From the IMG/VR virus record IMGVR_UViG_3300042898_004326: a stretch of DNA of 64,000 nucleotides; one strand, given 5' to 3'. This document shows, one piece after another, positions 10,258-23,000 of the stretch. This stretch comes from an uncultured virus (IMG/VR IMGVR_UViG_3300042898_004326) (lineage: Duplodnaviria; Heunggongvirae; Uroviricota; Caudoviricetes). The notes beneath the pieces were generated by a model. That model did not search any database, had not been told where the DNA came from, and was given only the letters and a program-made list of their open reading frames with translations. Position numbers and translations under genes: made by a program. Each line of letters begins with the position of its first letter. The stretch's first letter is position 1.

Positions 10258-13200
10258 TGGCACAGGTAAGAGTAACACCTAGCGGTAATTTAGATAAAGA
10301 CGGAGAATTAAGCTACATCAGTAATGGTAACTATGTAGACGCAAATGATATTCGTCATCGCCAAAGCGTTGGAAACAACTTCGGAGGTATCATGGGTACT
10401 AATGGTAATTTAAATTTGATTACCACGGTCAATGGCTCGGCTGGAACAACTCTTCCTGCGGTTGCCACGACAACAAAACTCTATAGGATTTACTTAGACT
10501 ATTCTTACATCACAAATGGTTCTACAAATGCGTATACTGCAACTTTTGTTGTTGTTAGGCCATCTACAGGTGCTGTATTAAAAAGTACAAGTACATATAC
10601 ACACGTTATAGGAAATGACTTAGAAGATTTAGCGATTCAAATTCGTACTGTGTTTAATGGTCTTCATGCTTCTTTTGCTCCTGGTAGCTTTACCATGACT
10701 CCCGGAAGTAGTCCATTTTATACTTCAACAGGAACAGACAAAGGCTATTTTACTATGGCTACGACTGGAGAGAATGACTTTCAGATTAGAATTGATTTGG
10801 CTGATGCTAACACCAAATTTGCACAAGTTGTTTTGGTTGACGAATACATTGCAACAGCAACAACTTTACGCCCTATAGGATCTTATCAGTTAGAGGACTA
10901 TTTGTTTATTTGGTCTGCTAGTGAAACAAGCACTGGTGTGAAATCTGATGTTTCTGAAATAGGTGTTGTTTACAGTACGAACCAAGGATCTTCTTATCAA
11001 TACAAAACACTTTGCAGAAGTAGGAATCTTGGGTTTTTCAAAGAGAGAAGAATAGATGCTCAAGTTGAAAAGGCCGGGGCTCAGATTAATTTCTATTGGA
11101 CAGACGGAAATGAAAAACCAAGAGCAATGTACTTAGATTACTCTAAGGTAACAACTCAAAATGGTTTTATGTTTTGGGAAGGCGGTAGATACGAACACAA
11201 TACCATTGATGACGAAAGTGCTTTTTTCTTCAAGGTATCAAAATCATACATTGATGATATTGATGTGGTAAACGAAGGAGGTACTCTTACTGCTGGAAAC
11301 AAAAGATACACAGGTCGTTTCTTGAGTGAAGATTTAGTAAGTAGTGAGTTTTTATATCCCACTAATCCAATCAATATCTATGGTATAGATACAATAACTC
11401 CATCCCTTATTTACGGAGCCGAATCAGATTTTATCACAACTAAATCAGTAAATATGGTTGTGAAAAACATCACTCCAAATATTTACAAGTACTTTGAACT
11501 AGCAGTTATTGAATACGTAGATGATGCATTTACAACAACCATTGTTCAAAGATATACAATAGCTCAAGGCGAAACTGAATTGAACGTTCGTCATGTTGGA
11601 AGAGGACAGGACAATATACCTTTGGGTGTAAATGAGTTATTGGCAATTTATACTAGATATACGGCTGCTGAAAACATCAGAATATTTGATAACAGAGTAG
11701 TTTTGAGTAACCTAAAAGAACAAGTAGATTTAGATTTGCAAACTTGGGCTGCTCAAATCACACATAGTTTGGAGTCTAAAACAATACCTGCTTTGGGTAA
11801 TGTTGTAGAAACTTATCACGATTTTTTAGATGACGCAGGTAGATCTCCTCAGCCATCTACACAATTGCAAGCATTGCAATATGGATTGGATGAGTATTTA
11901 AATCCATTGAATACTTTGAATAACACTTCTTATATGTTCAATGATACATACAGATTTGGAATTCAAGTTAAATTAAAAGCAACTGGAAAATGGAGTGCTC
12001 CATATTGGGTGGATGATATTCGCTTTGACGATCTTTCTACTAATGTCGTAGGCTCACGAAGAACAGCGAACAACATAACTAGCAACTTAACAGATTCTAC
12101 CAATGAGAATGTTTATGTCAATTATGTTAAGTTTTCCAATATTGACTTAGACTATTCTGTTGGCGGCATTCCTTTGAGAAATTTAATTGAAGGTTTCAGA
12201 TTTACAAGAGCAGAACGCATTCCTGAAGTCTTAGCGACAGGATATTTCTTTTTAGGAGATACTAACGGAACAAATGGTAGAAAGCCATTTACATTGTTGC
12301 GTGGTACTGGTTTGGGAACTAGACCCTTTACTAATACAGATGTAAATACTACTTTAGATACAATTACATTAACTGCTCACGGATTAAGTGAAAACGAACC
12401 TCTTGAGTTTATTCAAGGATCTAGTCTTACGATAATTGGTGGTTTGTCAGATAGTATGTATTACTATGTTAATGTTGTGAATGCCAACACGATAAAACTA
12501 AAAGCAACTCCGAATGGTCCTCTTATCGATTTGACAAGTGTTTCAGTTGGTAGTTATTCTTTCTTTCGTGGTTTCGAAACCAAGACACATACAATAACCC
12601 CAACCAATGGTTCTGATGTATTATTTTTTCATTCTCCTGATCACTATTACATCGATAGAAATTATCAATTTACACCAAGTACCCATAAAATAAAAATTTT
12701 AGGACCGTCTAAAAGTTTAATTATGGTTGAGGTGGGAACAAACACTAAAGTTGGAATTTACTCTGATTATAGTGGTTATTTTTCTTCTGCTAAAAGAGCA
12801 TATTTGACACTTGATGATACTACAACTCCTTTGCTAGAAGATTATGCTTTGTTGGACTATTTGGCTACAAAAACACTACCGGTAGGAGGAGTTGTTGCTT
12901 CGGGATCAGGTAGTTTATTGTGCGATGCATTTGGTCTCAGTTTGCCTTTGCGTCCAAGTACAGGAAGTTATTTTTCTGCTGGTTTAGCAAACTCAGAAGC
13001 AGAAGGTATTTTCTACGGACAGATTTTTGTTGATTTAGGTGCGAATGAAAAATATCCTGTAAACAAAGAAAATACTGTATATCAAAGTACAGGGCATTAT
13101 TACTTCCTTACCGACAGCGATAGCGGAGTAAAGAATAATGTTGAGATATACGGAGGCGATATTTATACACAGAAAACGCATCTTCCTATTGCTTTAGATA

Positions 13201-14792
13201 AAATGGTTGGGTGTTATTCGCAAAATGTTGTGAATACTCAAATGATGTCAGTTCAAGAAGATCCTGGTGACAATTCTGTTGGATATCGTTGGCCTGTTTA
13301 CAGCAACAAAATAGGTACTTCAAGTTATTTTATTTGGCCGGTAGCTTATCGTGATTCTTGGTTTTCTCAAGGTAATATTTGGACTGGATTGGCAAACTTT
13401 TTTGCTCAGACAATACCGCCTCAGAGATTTTACAATCGTTCATATGATTATAATGATCGTTCACTAACAGAACGAGGTTATTTTAAAAATGACAGATTTA
13501 ATGGAGATTCGCCAACTAAAATAGTATGGTCGGCTAAAAAAGCAATTGGGTCGAATAAGGATAACTATAGATTGGGCTTCGGACCTACTGAATTCGCAGA
13601 ATTAGATTTGACATATGGTCCGATAGTTCACCACGAAATAATAAACAATTCGTTTTATAGTTTACAGCCGTTCTCTTTTCAAAGACAATACTTTAGAGAT
13701 GCATCTCTCATCGGTGCACAACAGGGTACAGATGTTGTTGTTGGAAGTGGATCGATACTTGGTTCTCCTGGACAAGAGTTGACATCCATTGGTTCTGAAT
13801 ACAAATGGAGTCAATTCAAAGGTCAGACTGAAGGAGGAAAAGAATCGTTCTATTGGTACAACAATCGCCTTAAGAAAATAATGCGATTTGGTATGGACGG
13901 TGTGCGACCTATCAGCGAGAAAGGTGTGATTACATTATTGCAGAAAAACACCAATTGGCTTTTGGATAAAAAGTATCCATTGACTGGATCAGGTATTCAT
14001 GGTGTGTGGAATGATAAGTATGGTGAAGCGATATTTACACTTAAAGCCATAAATCCAAATATTGCTGCTTGGGTGACCGCAACAAGTTATACAGCAGGTA
14101 CTTATGTGTTCATAACACCTTCTAGTACTTATTTGCACGCTTCGGGTTTGACGTATGTTTACAAGGCTAAAATTAATCACACTTCTGGGGCTTCTACTAA
14201 ACCAGAAACAGGAGCAAGTTGGCAAACAAACTGGGCAAAAATAGAACCTGGTACAGATGCATTTGCACATACTTGTTTGACCTTGGTTTATGATGAATTG
14301 AAAAATGGATTCGTAGCTACTCATTCATATTGGGCAGACATTTATTTGCCTTATCAGAATACATTCTGGAGTCCTAATCCAAACGCTAAGAACACTTTGT
14401 TTTTGCACGATGAGAATACTAATCAGACTTATTATGGAGCAACATATATCCCAACCATAACAGGGGTAATGAACATTGAACCCAACATCTCTAAAAACTT
14501 CGAAGCCATTCAGGTAAACTCAGAAATTTCTCCATCTTATGCTGATTTCTTTACAAAAAATCATCAGTCTTATTTGGATGAGACCGAATTTGACGCTCGT
14601 GAAGGATATTTTTACAGCGCTATAAAAAATGATATTTTAACTGCTCCGCTTGGGACTCCGATAGAAAATACTACAAGACTATGGGGCAAGTGGTTAAAAG
14701 TAAAAATATATCTTGAAGGAATAAACAACAATCAGAGGCTTATCAACTTCATCATCAAGTTTAGAGTAATGCCTCGTTTGTATAACCAATAA
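10257..14792 (+). CDS. Tail muzzle / stabilization protein (crAss-like)
   Basis: 1511 aa; N-terminal LDKD..Y.DA.DIR, YWTDG..KPR, YRFGI and C-terminal RLWGKWLKV; follows the ring genes. Confidence 0.65.
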   Translation: MAQVRVTPSGNLDKDGELSYISNGNYVDANDIRHRQSVGNNFGGIMGTNGNLNLITTVNGSAGTTLPAVATTTKLYRIYLDYSYITNGSTNAYTATFVVVRPSTGAVLKSTSTYTHVIGNDLEDLAIQIRTVFNGLHASFAPGSFTMTPGSSPFYTSTGTDKGYFTMATTGENDFQIRIDLADANTKFAQVVLVDEYIATATTLRPIGSYQLEDYLFIWSASETSTGVKSDVSEIGVVYSTNQGSSYQYKTLCRSRNLGFFKERRIDAQVEKAGAQINFYWTDGNEKPRAMYLDYSKVTTQNGFMFWEGGRYEHNTIDDESAFFFKVSKSYIDDIDVVNEGGTLTAGNKRYTGRFLSEDLVSSEFLYPTNPINIYGIDTITPSLIYGAESDFITTKSVNMVVKNITPNIYKYFELAVIEYVDDAFTTTIVQRYTIAQGETELNVRHVGRGQDNIPLGVNELLAIYTRYTAAENIRIFDNRVVLSNLKEQVDLDLQTWAAQITHSLESKTIPALGNVVETYHDFLDDAGRSPQPSTQLQALQYGLDEYLNPLNTLNNTSYMFNDTYRFGIQVKLKATGKWSAPYWVDDIRFDDLSTNVVGSRRTANNITSNLTDSTNENVYVNYVKFSNIDLDYSVGGIPLRNLIEGFRFTRAERIPEVLATGYFFLGDTNGTNGRKPFTLLRGTGLGTRPFTNTDVNTTLDTITLTAHGLSENEPLEFIQGSSLTIIGGLSDSMYYYVNVVNANTIKLKATPNGPLIDLTSVSVGSYSFFRGFETKTHTITPTNGSDVLFFHSPDHYYIDRNYQFTPSTHKIKILGPSKSLIMVEVGTNTKVGIYSDYSGYFSSAKRAYLTLDDTTTPLLEDYALLDYLATKTLPVGGVVASGSGSLLCDAFGLSLPLRPSTGSYFSAGLANSEAEGIFYGQIFVDLGANEKYPVNKENTVYQSTGHYYFLTDSDSGVKNNVEIYGGDIYTQKTHLPIALDKMVGCYSQNVVNTQMMSVQEDPGDNSVGYRWPVYSNKIGTSSYFIWPVAYRDSWFSQGNIWTGLANFFAQTIPPQRFYNRSYDYNDRSLTERGYFKNDRFNGDSPTKIVWSAKKAIGSNKDNYRLGFGPTEFAELDLTYGPIVHHEIINNSFYSLQPFSFQRQYFRDASLIGAQQGTDVVVGSGSILGSPGQELTSIGSEYKWSQFKGQTEGGKESFYWYNNRLKKIMRFGMDGVRPISEKGVITLLQKNTNWLLDKKYPLTGSGIHGVWNDKYGEAIFTLKAINPNIAAWVTATSYTAGTYVFITPSSTYLHASGLTYVYKAKINHTSGASTKPETGASWQTNWAKIEPGTDAFAHTCLTLVYDELKNGFVATHSYWADIYLPYQNTFWSPNPNAKNTLFLHDENTNQTYYGATYIPTITGVMNIEPNISKNFEAIQVNSEISPSYADFFTKNHQSYLDETEFDAREGYFYSAIKNDILTAPLGTPIENTTRLWGKWLKVKIYLEGINNNQRLINFIIKFRVMPRLYNQ

Positions 14793-14814
14793 TAAATAAT
14801 TATATTTGTATAAT

Positions 14815-15546
14815 ATGGGACCATTAGCAATACCGGCAATACAAGCAGGATTAGAATTAGGCTACAACATATATCGTGGTATCAAATCTGACAAAGGCAT
14901 AAAAGCACTTGCTAGTCAAAGACGGTCTCTATATATGGATGCCGCAGGGCCTTTGCAACAAAATTTAGGTATGGCTAATAGGCAATATACACAAGGGCTA
15001 TCTCCTCAGGCAGAAGCTCTTGCTAGAGGGACAACAGCCAATCAAACCGCAGGGCAATTTCGTGCTGCTACCGATTTAGGTGGTGGACAATTAGGAAGTG
15101 CTTTGGGTCGCATAGGTGCATTCAATACCAATCAATTGGGTCTCCAATTAGGTAGTATGGACCAATCAGCACGAGAGCGTGGTGCGCAACAAATGATGGG
15201 TATAAATCAACAATTGTCTAGTTTGCAACAAAGGGATATTGGTCAAAATATAAGTGATCGTTTGAATAAAGAGCAGGGCTATGGTCTTTCTAAACAGCAA
15301 TCAATAATGGGTGGTTTGAATGCACTTAGTGGTTTTGGACAGGCTGCGTTGTATCAAAATATTTATGGTGGTGATAAGCCTGGAACTGATAATAATAACT
15401 ATAGTGACAATAGTGACTATGATGGTCAAGGAGATCCTACTACAGATGCTATGACAAGAAGATATATACAAATGAGACCAGCACGATCTTTGTCCAAACA
15501 ATACAGCACACCATTGAGTATGCGTAAATATAATCCCTTAGGTTAA
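14815..15546 (+). CDS. Probable ejection / cargo protein 1
   Basis: Gly/Gln/Ala-rich helical protein; ATG 14815 after TATATTTG; follows the muzzle gene. Confidence 0.5.
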   Translation: MGPLAIPAIQAGLELGYNIYRGIKSDKGIKALASQRRSLYMDAAGPLQQNLGMANRQYTQGLSPQAEALARGTTANQTAGQFRAATDLGGGQLGSALGRIGAFNTNQLGLQLGSMDQSARERGAQQMMGINQQLSSLQQRDIGQNISDRLNKEQGYGLSKQQSIMGGLNALSGFGQAALYQNIYGGDKPGTDNNNYSDNSDYDGQGDPTTDAMTRRYIQMRPARSLSKQYSTPLSMRKYNPLG

Positions 15547-15551
15547 TAAAC

Positions 15552-17090
15552 ATGGCAGAACCATCAATAGCAGAGGCAATATCATTACAAGGCCAGACCA
15601 ATAATACTTTAAGAATGGCGCAAAGTGCCGGGCAAGCATTTGCTCGGAAGGCTGCCATGGATGAAAAAAAACAGGCTAGAAAACAATTAGAGGATCAAAG
15701 GCAGCAAGAAGATATTAAAGGCTTATTTAAAGAAAGAGGCAAGTTACACCCTTTGGTTTTAGGAGAGATGGATAAAATCTTCGACCAAACAATAACTGAT
15801 ATGGAGAAAATAAAAAGTTCTGAAAATCCATATGCAAGTAATCAGTATGCTCAGGTTGAAAGAAATTTGCGAGGTAAGTTAATTGAGTTGACTTCATATT
15901 CGAGGCAACTTGATGGATTCGACCAACAGATTAAATTTAGAGATGAGAAAAGAAAGTATTATGGTGATGCTGTTGGTTCTTTTTTGGATGTATATCGTAA
16001 AGCCACATCTTTGGATGATTTGAAGAACTTTGCAAATGAAAATCCTGATTTTCAAGATGCAAACTTTAGACTTGATCCGAATGGTATTCCAACCTTGGCC
16101 GAAGAAACTGCTTTGCCAATTACAGAAGATTTGGCAAGGGCGGCTAAGAACTTGAATAGTGTTATTCAATACAGAGATGTAGTTAGTGTTCCTGGCTTAT
16201 CTGCCACGAAAGAACTTCGTGATGTAATGGGTAAACCTTTGTACAAAGATGATGCTAAACAAGCATTTAAAAATAATCCTCAGTTATACCCTGATGGTAA
16301 ACCTCCGAAGTCTTTGGAGGATGAGGTAGACGATTACATAATTCTTTACGGAGAGGATGTAATTAGACAGGCTTCTACTAAATTTAATTTGGGTATAAAG
16401 AAAGGTCCTGAAGGTTACACAGAGCAAGACGGCAAGAAAGTAAAAGACGCTCTTATTCTTTATATGTCTCAGTTCTCTAATCCAGAATTAAAAGGTAAGT
16501 TGGCTCAAGACCGAACAGGAACTCAAATATTTATGCCTGACAATGCCGCTTCTCCTGGAGATATTTCTGTTGGTCTAGAGGCACTTGATTTGAAAACACC
16601 TGGTGACTTGCTTGATGATGTTAAACTAGCCGAGAATCAAAAAACTCCAAAGAAAGCACAGTCTTTGGCAAGCATTGTTGTTGGTACGCCAAATGCCTTT
16701 GTTCAAGCAAGCGATCAAGTAACAGACGAGTTTGGTAACAAATTGACGGGTAATTTCACAGGAGAAATAACCGCAGTTCGTTTGATGCCATATAAGGTAG
16801 TCAATGGCGTAAAGGTTATCGCTAGACACGATGATGCTAAGAAAATTGTTGGTGTTGCTCCATTTGTGCAATTTAACAACAAAGCTAGTCAGTACTACAC
16901 ACCACTTGCTAACTATTCAAATCCTGCTTCTTTTGCTGGAAGTAAATACAAGGCAGCAGAATGGACAAAAATATTTATTCAGTTTTACAAACTACAAGAC
17001 AAAATAAATAATGCTATGAAAGACAAATCTTTCGGAACTCAGCAAGAGTTTAATACCTTTGCACAACCACTTTTAACATTACCAAAATAA
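15552..17090 (+). CDS. Probable ejection / cargo protein 2
   Basis: 512 aa with N-terminal coiled-coil, between cargo 1 and the giant gene. Confidence 0.5.
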   Translation: MAEPSIAEAISLQGQTNNTLRMAQSAGQAFARKAAMDEKKQARKQLEDQRQQEDIKGLFKERGKLHPLVLGEMDKIFDQTITDMEKIKSSENPYASNQYAQVERNLRGKLIELTSYSRQLDGFDQQIKFRDEKRKYYGDAVGSFLDVYRKATSLDDLKNFANENPDFQDANFRLDPNGIPTLAEETALPITEDLARAAKNLNSVIQYRDVVSVPGLSATKELRDVMGKPLYKDDAKQAFKNNPQLYPDGKPPKSLEDEVDDYIILYGEDVIRQASTKFNLGIKKGPEGYTEQDGKKVKDALILYMSQFSNPELKGKLAQDRTGTQIFMPDNAASPGDISVGLEALDLKTPGDLLDDVKLAENQKTPKKAQSLASIVVGTPNAFVQASDQVTDEFGNKLTGNFTGEITAVRLMPYKVVNGVKVIARHDDAKKIVGVAPFVQFNNKASQYYTPLANYSNPASFAGSKYKAAEWTKIFIQFYKLQDKINNAMKDKSFGTQQEFNTFAQPLLTLPK

Positions 17091-17094
17091 CACA

Positions 17095-20000
17095 ATGGCT
17101 CAGAACATAGATGAAGTTTACAGTGATTTAGTGCAAGACGAAAGATTTAAATCTTTGTATCCAACTCAATCAGATTTTGTTCAATATTTGGAAAATGAAC
17201 CAACTGCCGATGCTGATATTGAAGAGTTATTCGGTATTAGATCTGCTTCTGAATATTTAAAAAAAAAAGACCAGTCGATTATCCAAAACCTCGGAGAAGA
17301 AAATTCTTTTTCTCAATCTCCTTTGGTTGGACAGACTGAGCCGGTTTCCCAAGAACCTCAAGCGATGGTGGAACAGCCCCAACAGGGTGGTGACCAAAAC
17401 TTGGGAGGTGTAGAAGATCCCTATGGTTTGCAGGCACTTGGCTTGCCTCCTTTGGGTTATGGTAAATCAGCAGAGGGTGGGCCTCAGCCAACAAAAAAAG
17501 TCGATCCTGCTGTAGCACAATATGTAGGGTCATTAGACCTATTAGTAAAAGAGGCAAGAGGAAAAGGTGACATAACAGCACTAACAAATGTATTGAAGAC
17601 AATTGGTCAGTTTCAACTTGACCCTAAGTATTCTCAGTACGTCAAACAAGGTCAACTTAAAAACCAATACGATCAGTTAAATTCTGTAATTGCTGATATA
17701 TACGCTAAAAAGCCAATGGCATTTAGCGATAAGCAGTTTCAAGAAGGGCTGACAAAAATGGGTTTAATGAATCCTGTTGGGGCAAAACCACAAGTTTTAG
17801 AAACAGCTCGTAAAGAAAACAGTCCTACGATGTTTCCAAAACAACCCGGAGCACCTTTTATTCAGAAGCCCATTCAACAACTGATTGACGAGATAAGCAC
17901 ACCTGAGCCTTTGGATCAAAAATCTAAGGCTGTCATAAGTTATTTGTCTAGCTATGATGAAGAAAAAAATGCTTTTGATTATGATATTCAATTATTGATG
18001 GGTAACAATCAGAACCCAGGATATGAAATGAGTTCTACATTGAAGGCAGATTATTTGACTAGTCAAGAGCAAACCTTTGATAAAACGTTTCAAGCAGATG
18101 TTAATAATATGCTTGGCGATGCTATTTATAATTTACCTAATAATTTCTTTGATAATGATGCCATTATTAAAAAATCAGTAGAGGTAATTGATGGAAAAAC
18201 AGGAAATGTAAGAACTGTTACTGAAAACAAAGTAAATCCAAATAGAAAGTTGACCACAGACTACGGAATTTATATGCTCGATGATGCAGGAAATCCAAAA
18301 GTCAACCCTATTTATTTGGATCGATATGTTGAGCGTATGATGACCTTGCCTAGTGGTATTGTAACTCCGCAAGTTGTTGATGCTTTTAACATGAAAAGAA
18401 AAGCCTCAGGTTTAGATGAGTATACAAAGGAAGATATTGTTAAAATTATCAAACCTCGTGTGTTGCGTTTGGCTACTATTTCAGCACAACAAAATTTAGA
18501 AAATAGTATTGTTGAGCAAAGACTTGCGAAAATAAATGTATTTGAAGATGAGGTAGAAAAAGTAAACAGAGATTTGGATTATGATGTAAAAATGCTTGTT
18601 AGTAATTCTCAAAAGCTAATAAACAACTACCAAATTGAAATTGTAGAATCATCAAAAGAGGAGGTAGATGTTTTGACATCGAAACTTCAAAAAACAAATG
18701 AGCAGTTGTACAATGAGTACACCATTTCCGCTCAAAATACTGCTAGTCCAGAATTAAAAAATGCTGCGTATCAAACATATCTTCAGCGAGTAAGTGAAAA
18801 CTCATCTATGTATGAAGAGCAATTATCGGCAATAAGAAAAAATTCAGAGAATACTTTTAAAGATTACGCCTTGAAAATTGAGGGTGATGCTAAAGTAGAA
18901 CTAGATGGAATCAAGAAAAAATATGGTGTTGTTGCTGATGCGAATGAAGAAGGTAAATTGACAACAGCTGCCTATAGAAAATACGTAGAGGCATACAAAG
19001 ACCAATATAATCAGTACAAAACGCAAGAGCAAGTAAATAGTAATGCTATGGGTTGGCGATTAACTGATATTCTACAGTCTGGTTCAGCACGAGTTTTTGG
19101 AAACGCTATTCAGGCGTTAAATGCTGCTGTTGGATATGAAGATAATCCACTTACTGATTTGATGAAGTACATGGACTTTGTCCAAACCAAAAGTGAGGTA
19201 GCAATTAAACCTTTTTCGCAGGTTTTGGATGATGAAGGTTTATTTAGTGTACAGGCGTTAAAAACAGCGGTTCAGAGCACAGTTCAACAAGGTCCTAACC
19301 TTGGTATGGGTATTGCTGCAACTGCGCTTTCTGGAAACCCATTTATTGGTGGTTCTTTGATGTGGGGCTCAGAAACAATCGATCAAGTCGGACAAAACTA
19401 TAGAGATGTGTTCGCAAGGACAGGTTCTGTTTTGCAGGCTGAAAATGCTGCTGCTGAAACCCTTCAAACACAAATACTAATCGCACCTGTTTACACCGTT
19501 TCAATGTTGCCATTTACCAAAGGATTCTTGAGTAAGTTAGCAAGGGGTGGTAATGCTTTAGGGTTTGCGAAAAAGTTTGGTTATGGTTTGGCTTTGGAGG
19601 CAGGTGAAGAAATTCCAGTTGAAATCACTCAGAATTATTTGAGTTATAAATTTGGTACTGATACCCCCGAAAAGTTTGCTACTTGGTTAAGCAAAAATGG
19701 TGGTAATACTGCATTGGATGTATTGCCTTCTATTGCTGTTTTAGGTGGTGGTTCGGCAGGTATGGAAACATACTCTGAGCGTATGACCGAACAGGCAAAG
19801 GGCAGGGTTTTGGCTACATTGGGTCGTTTGGGTATGAGTCAAACGGTTGCCGATGCCATACAAGTTATTGGTGAAGGTGGGGTGAATATTCTCCCTGAGT
19901 ACTTGTATCGTACACAGCAAATTGACATCAATGAGTTAAAAGACATGAAAAGGGCCTTTGGTGAGGTTGTAAAAGCATTGCCACAAGCCCAAGAATTGAT

Positions 20001-23000
20001 TCGGGATCAGGATGCTCAGAAATACTATGTTACGCTTGCTAGTCGAAAAGCAGAAGTGCAAAGGAAACTAGAAGAAACTCAAGATGAATCATACAAAGAA
20101 AAGTTGACTGAGACCATCAAAAGCATCGATAAGAAGATGACTGACATGGCTGTAGGCAAGCCTCAGCAACTGACCAAAATAACATTTAAAGATGGCGGTA
20201 GTGTAGTTTTGGCCGATGATGAAATGGCTATATTTTTAAACAACAAAAATTTCTTAAATGATGTTGCTGACGGAACTACTCAAGTTACAACACAAGATTC
20301 TAATATCAATCGCATAGTCGAGGAGAAAAAGAAACAACTTGAAGTTGAAATAGAAGAGGCAACCGATAAAGGAGCTAAGGTGTTGAATGCGGCTCAGACA
20401 AAGGCAAAACAAAGAGGTGCTACTGTCAAGGATGGTAATAAGTTAAATGCGGTTGCCCAAAAAGCACGTCAGAATGGACAAAAGAATGTAGATAGTATAC
20501 TTAATGAGGCAACTGTTCTTCAGAGTGCTTTGACTGAACTTGCTCCCGGAGCTAGCATCGTGTTTTTGAACAACGATGAGTATTTGCAGACAATGGATGA
20601 GGTTGATGGTAAGGAAAATTCTGTAGGTAATTTTACTTATAAAAAGAATGACGATGGTACTTATTCTATTGAAATACAAATCAATTTAGATAGGGCAGTT
20701 AGTACAACTGTTGCACACGAGGTTGGCCATGCTTTGCTTCTTAGAACTTTAGGTATGGACCCAAAGTTGTTTGATACAATGCGTGCACAATTGAAAAATG
20801 TAATCGCAAGCAAGATAGACAATAGAGTTCTAGCCGATATTGACAAATTAATTTCTGACTATAGTTCAGTAGGGCAATCAGAAGAGTTCTTAGTTGAATT
20901 GGGCTCTATTATGGTTCTCAATCAGAAAAAATTGGAGATAAGCATAATTGAAAAAATTGCTAAAGTTATCTCTGATTTCATTGCCCGTATAACAGGCGGT
21001 AAGGTTCAGTTGTTCGACAAGATTTCAACTCGTGTTGATTTTGTGAACTTCATGAATGGTATGGTGGAAACCTTGAGTACCGGACAATTGGCAAAACCAA
21101 TAAAAGATAAAATAAATGCCGTTCAAGAGCAAACAGCAGGTCAAGTACCTGTACAGTCAGAAACCGGAGTTGGCCAAGAAATGGTCGAAGGAAAACCCAA
21201 AGCAGAATCTCAAGGTATTACCGAAGAAGGTAAAAACCAAGAAGAAGTAATTGTAGATGCTGTTGAAAATCCTCTTACTACAGAAGATGTAGAAGGAAGA
21301 GAAATTGAACCAGGCTACGAAGTGTTTGATCAGCCTATTGTTGTTGATGCAAGCAAAGGAAGAACAAATAGAAAACCATTTCGTTCTAAGGCTTCAATTA
21401 AAAGAGATTTTACAATTAGTGATAATGATTTTGCAGATGTAGATGCCATCGAAGGTAAAACTATGGTTGGTTTTATGGGTGATGTTCAAATAACAGGTAG
21501 CGTAACTACTCCAACCGGTCTTACTCTTAGTGGTTTTGGAGGACCCAATTATCCTGCTCAGGCTAACAGAAATCTTGAAAAAGATGCTGACGGTTATTTT
21601 GTAGGAAAAGCTGCTGTTTGGTCTTCTACATTTGAAGATAGCACAGGTAAATTGATGAAGCGTATGCAAGATGCAGAAGGTGCTCTTATTGGTGCTCAGC
21701 AAAATACTGGAATATTAGGCAACAGATTAATGTTGAGATATTTTGGTGAAGAGTTAAAAACAGCTAGTGAAAAAATAAATTCAGAGGAAACAATTGTTAA
21801 TTTTATAAATGAGAAAATAAAGACTCAGTTTAAAAAAGATAAGAATACAGGTGTAACATCTACTTTTTCTGAGGGTTTGGGTGGAGTTGAATCTTTTTCT
21901 TCTATCGAAGAATTTGTAGACTATTTAGATCCTTATTTTACAAGTGATCAGTTCGTTGCAAAATATCCAAACTCTAATAATATCGTACAAAAAGGAGACA
22001 AAAAAGTAACTTTACTTGAATCTAAAAATACAAAGAAAGACCGAAGAATAGTTCCCTACGAACTTAGAGGTGCTTTGTTTGTCAAGATGTTTAACATCGA
22101 TAGTCACAAAAAGTTTGGCTTACCGTCAATTGTACCAGGAAAAGGATATACTTATGATAAGACTGTTTTAGAGTATGCAAATGATACAATGTTTGGCGAG
22201 GCAGGTTATGGTGATTTTGTTGGTTTTGTTGAGTTTGATCCAACCACATTAAAGTTAGAAAAGGTAGATCAGTCTTCTGATTTCTTTAATCCTTCTTACG
22301 AATGGGTAATTACAGCAGAAAAGGTTCGCTTTAAGTATTTTAATGAGTTTGTTGATGGTCGTGCTTTGTTTTACGACAACACTTCTGCTTCTAAAGAAGC
22401 AAATCAGACTCCCTTTGGTCTCAGACCTAAGGCTGCTGCTGCAAGGGCAATTATGGGATCGCAGCCAATAACAACAATTGAGGCTGATAAGGTAAAAGAG
22501 CGTCAAAAAGGATTCGGAAGTAAATCACAATTAACTGCACCATCAAGTGACAAATGGTCTTCTTCATTGACTCAAGCACAGGTAGATGCTAAATTGGCTG
22601 AGACAGGTGTTAGAACAAAAACAGAAAACGATCGCTTGCTTCAAGAAACTCAAAAAGGTAACGAGACTCAGCGAAATAATATCAGCACCTATTCTTCTTT
22701 TGTAAACGGAATCATTTCGAAGTATGGAAAAGAAAACTTGGCAAGCAAAAACATTTTGGATGCTGGTGCAGGTTTGGGTATTGGTGCTAAAGCCGCAACT
22801 CAAGCAGGTATTGCTAATTCATACAAGACATTCGAACCATTCCCATCAATTAGCGATGGTAAGTGGGAGAAATTTAGCGGTACGCAACAACCTAACTTTA
22901 CTGACTTTGCTGCGATTGAAAACAACTCACAAGATATCCTTGTAAACAATGCGGTATTGAACGTGGTTCCTGCTGACATTCGTCAATCGATTGTAGAAAA

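Noticed and set aside
17256..17270. TTTAAAAAAAAAAGA slippery run near the start of the giant gene
   Set aside because: The frame is intact (LKKK) and no useful alternative ORF follows, so there is no evidence for programmed frameshifting
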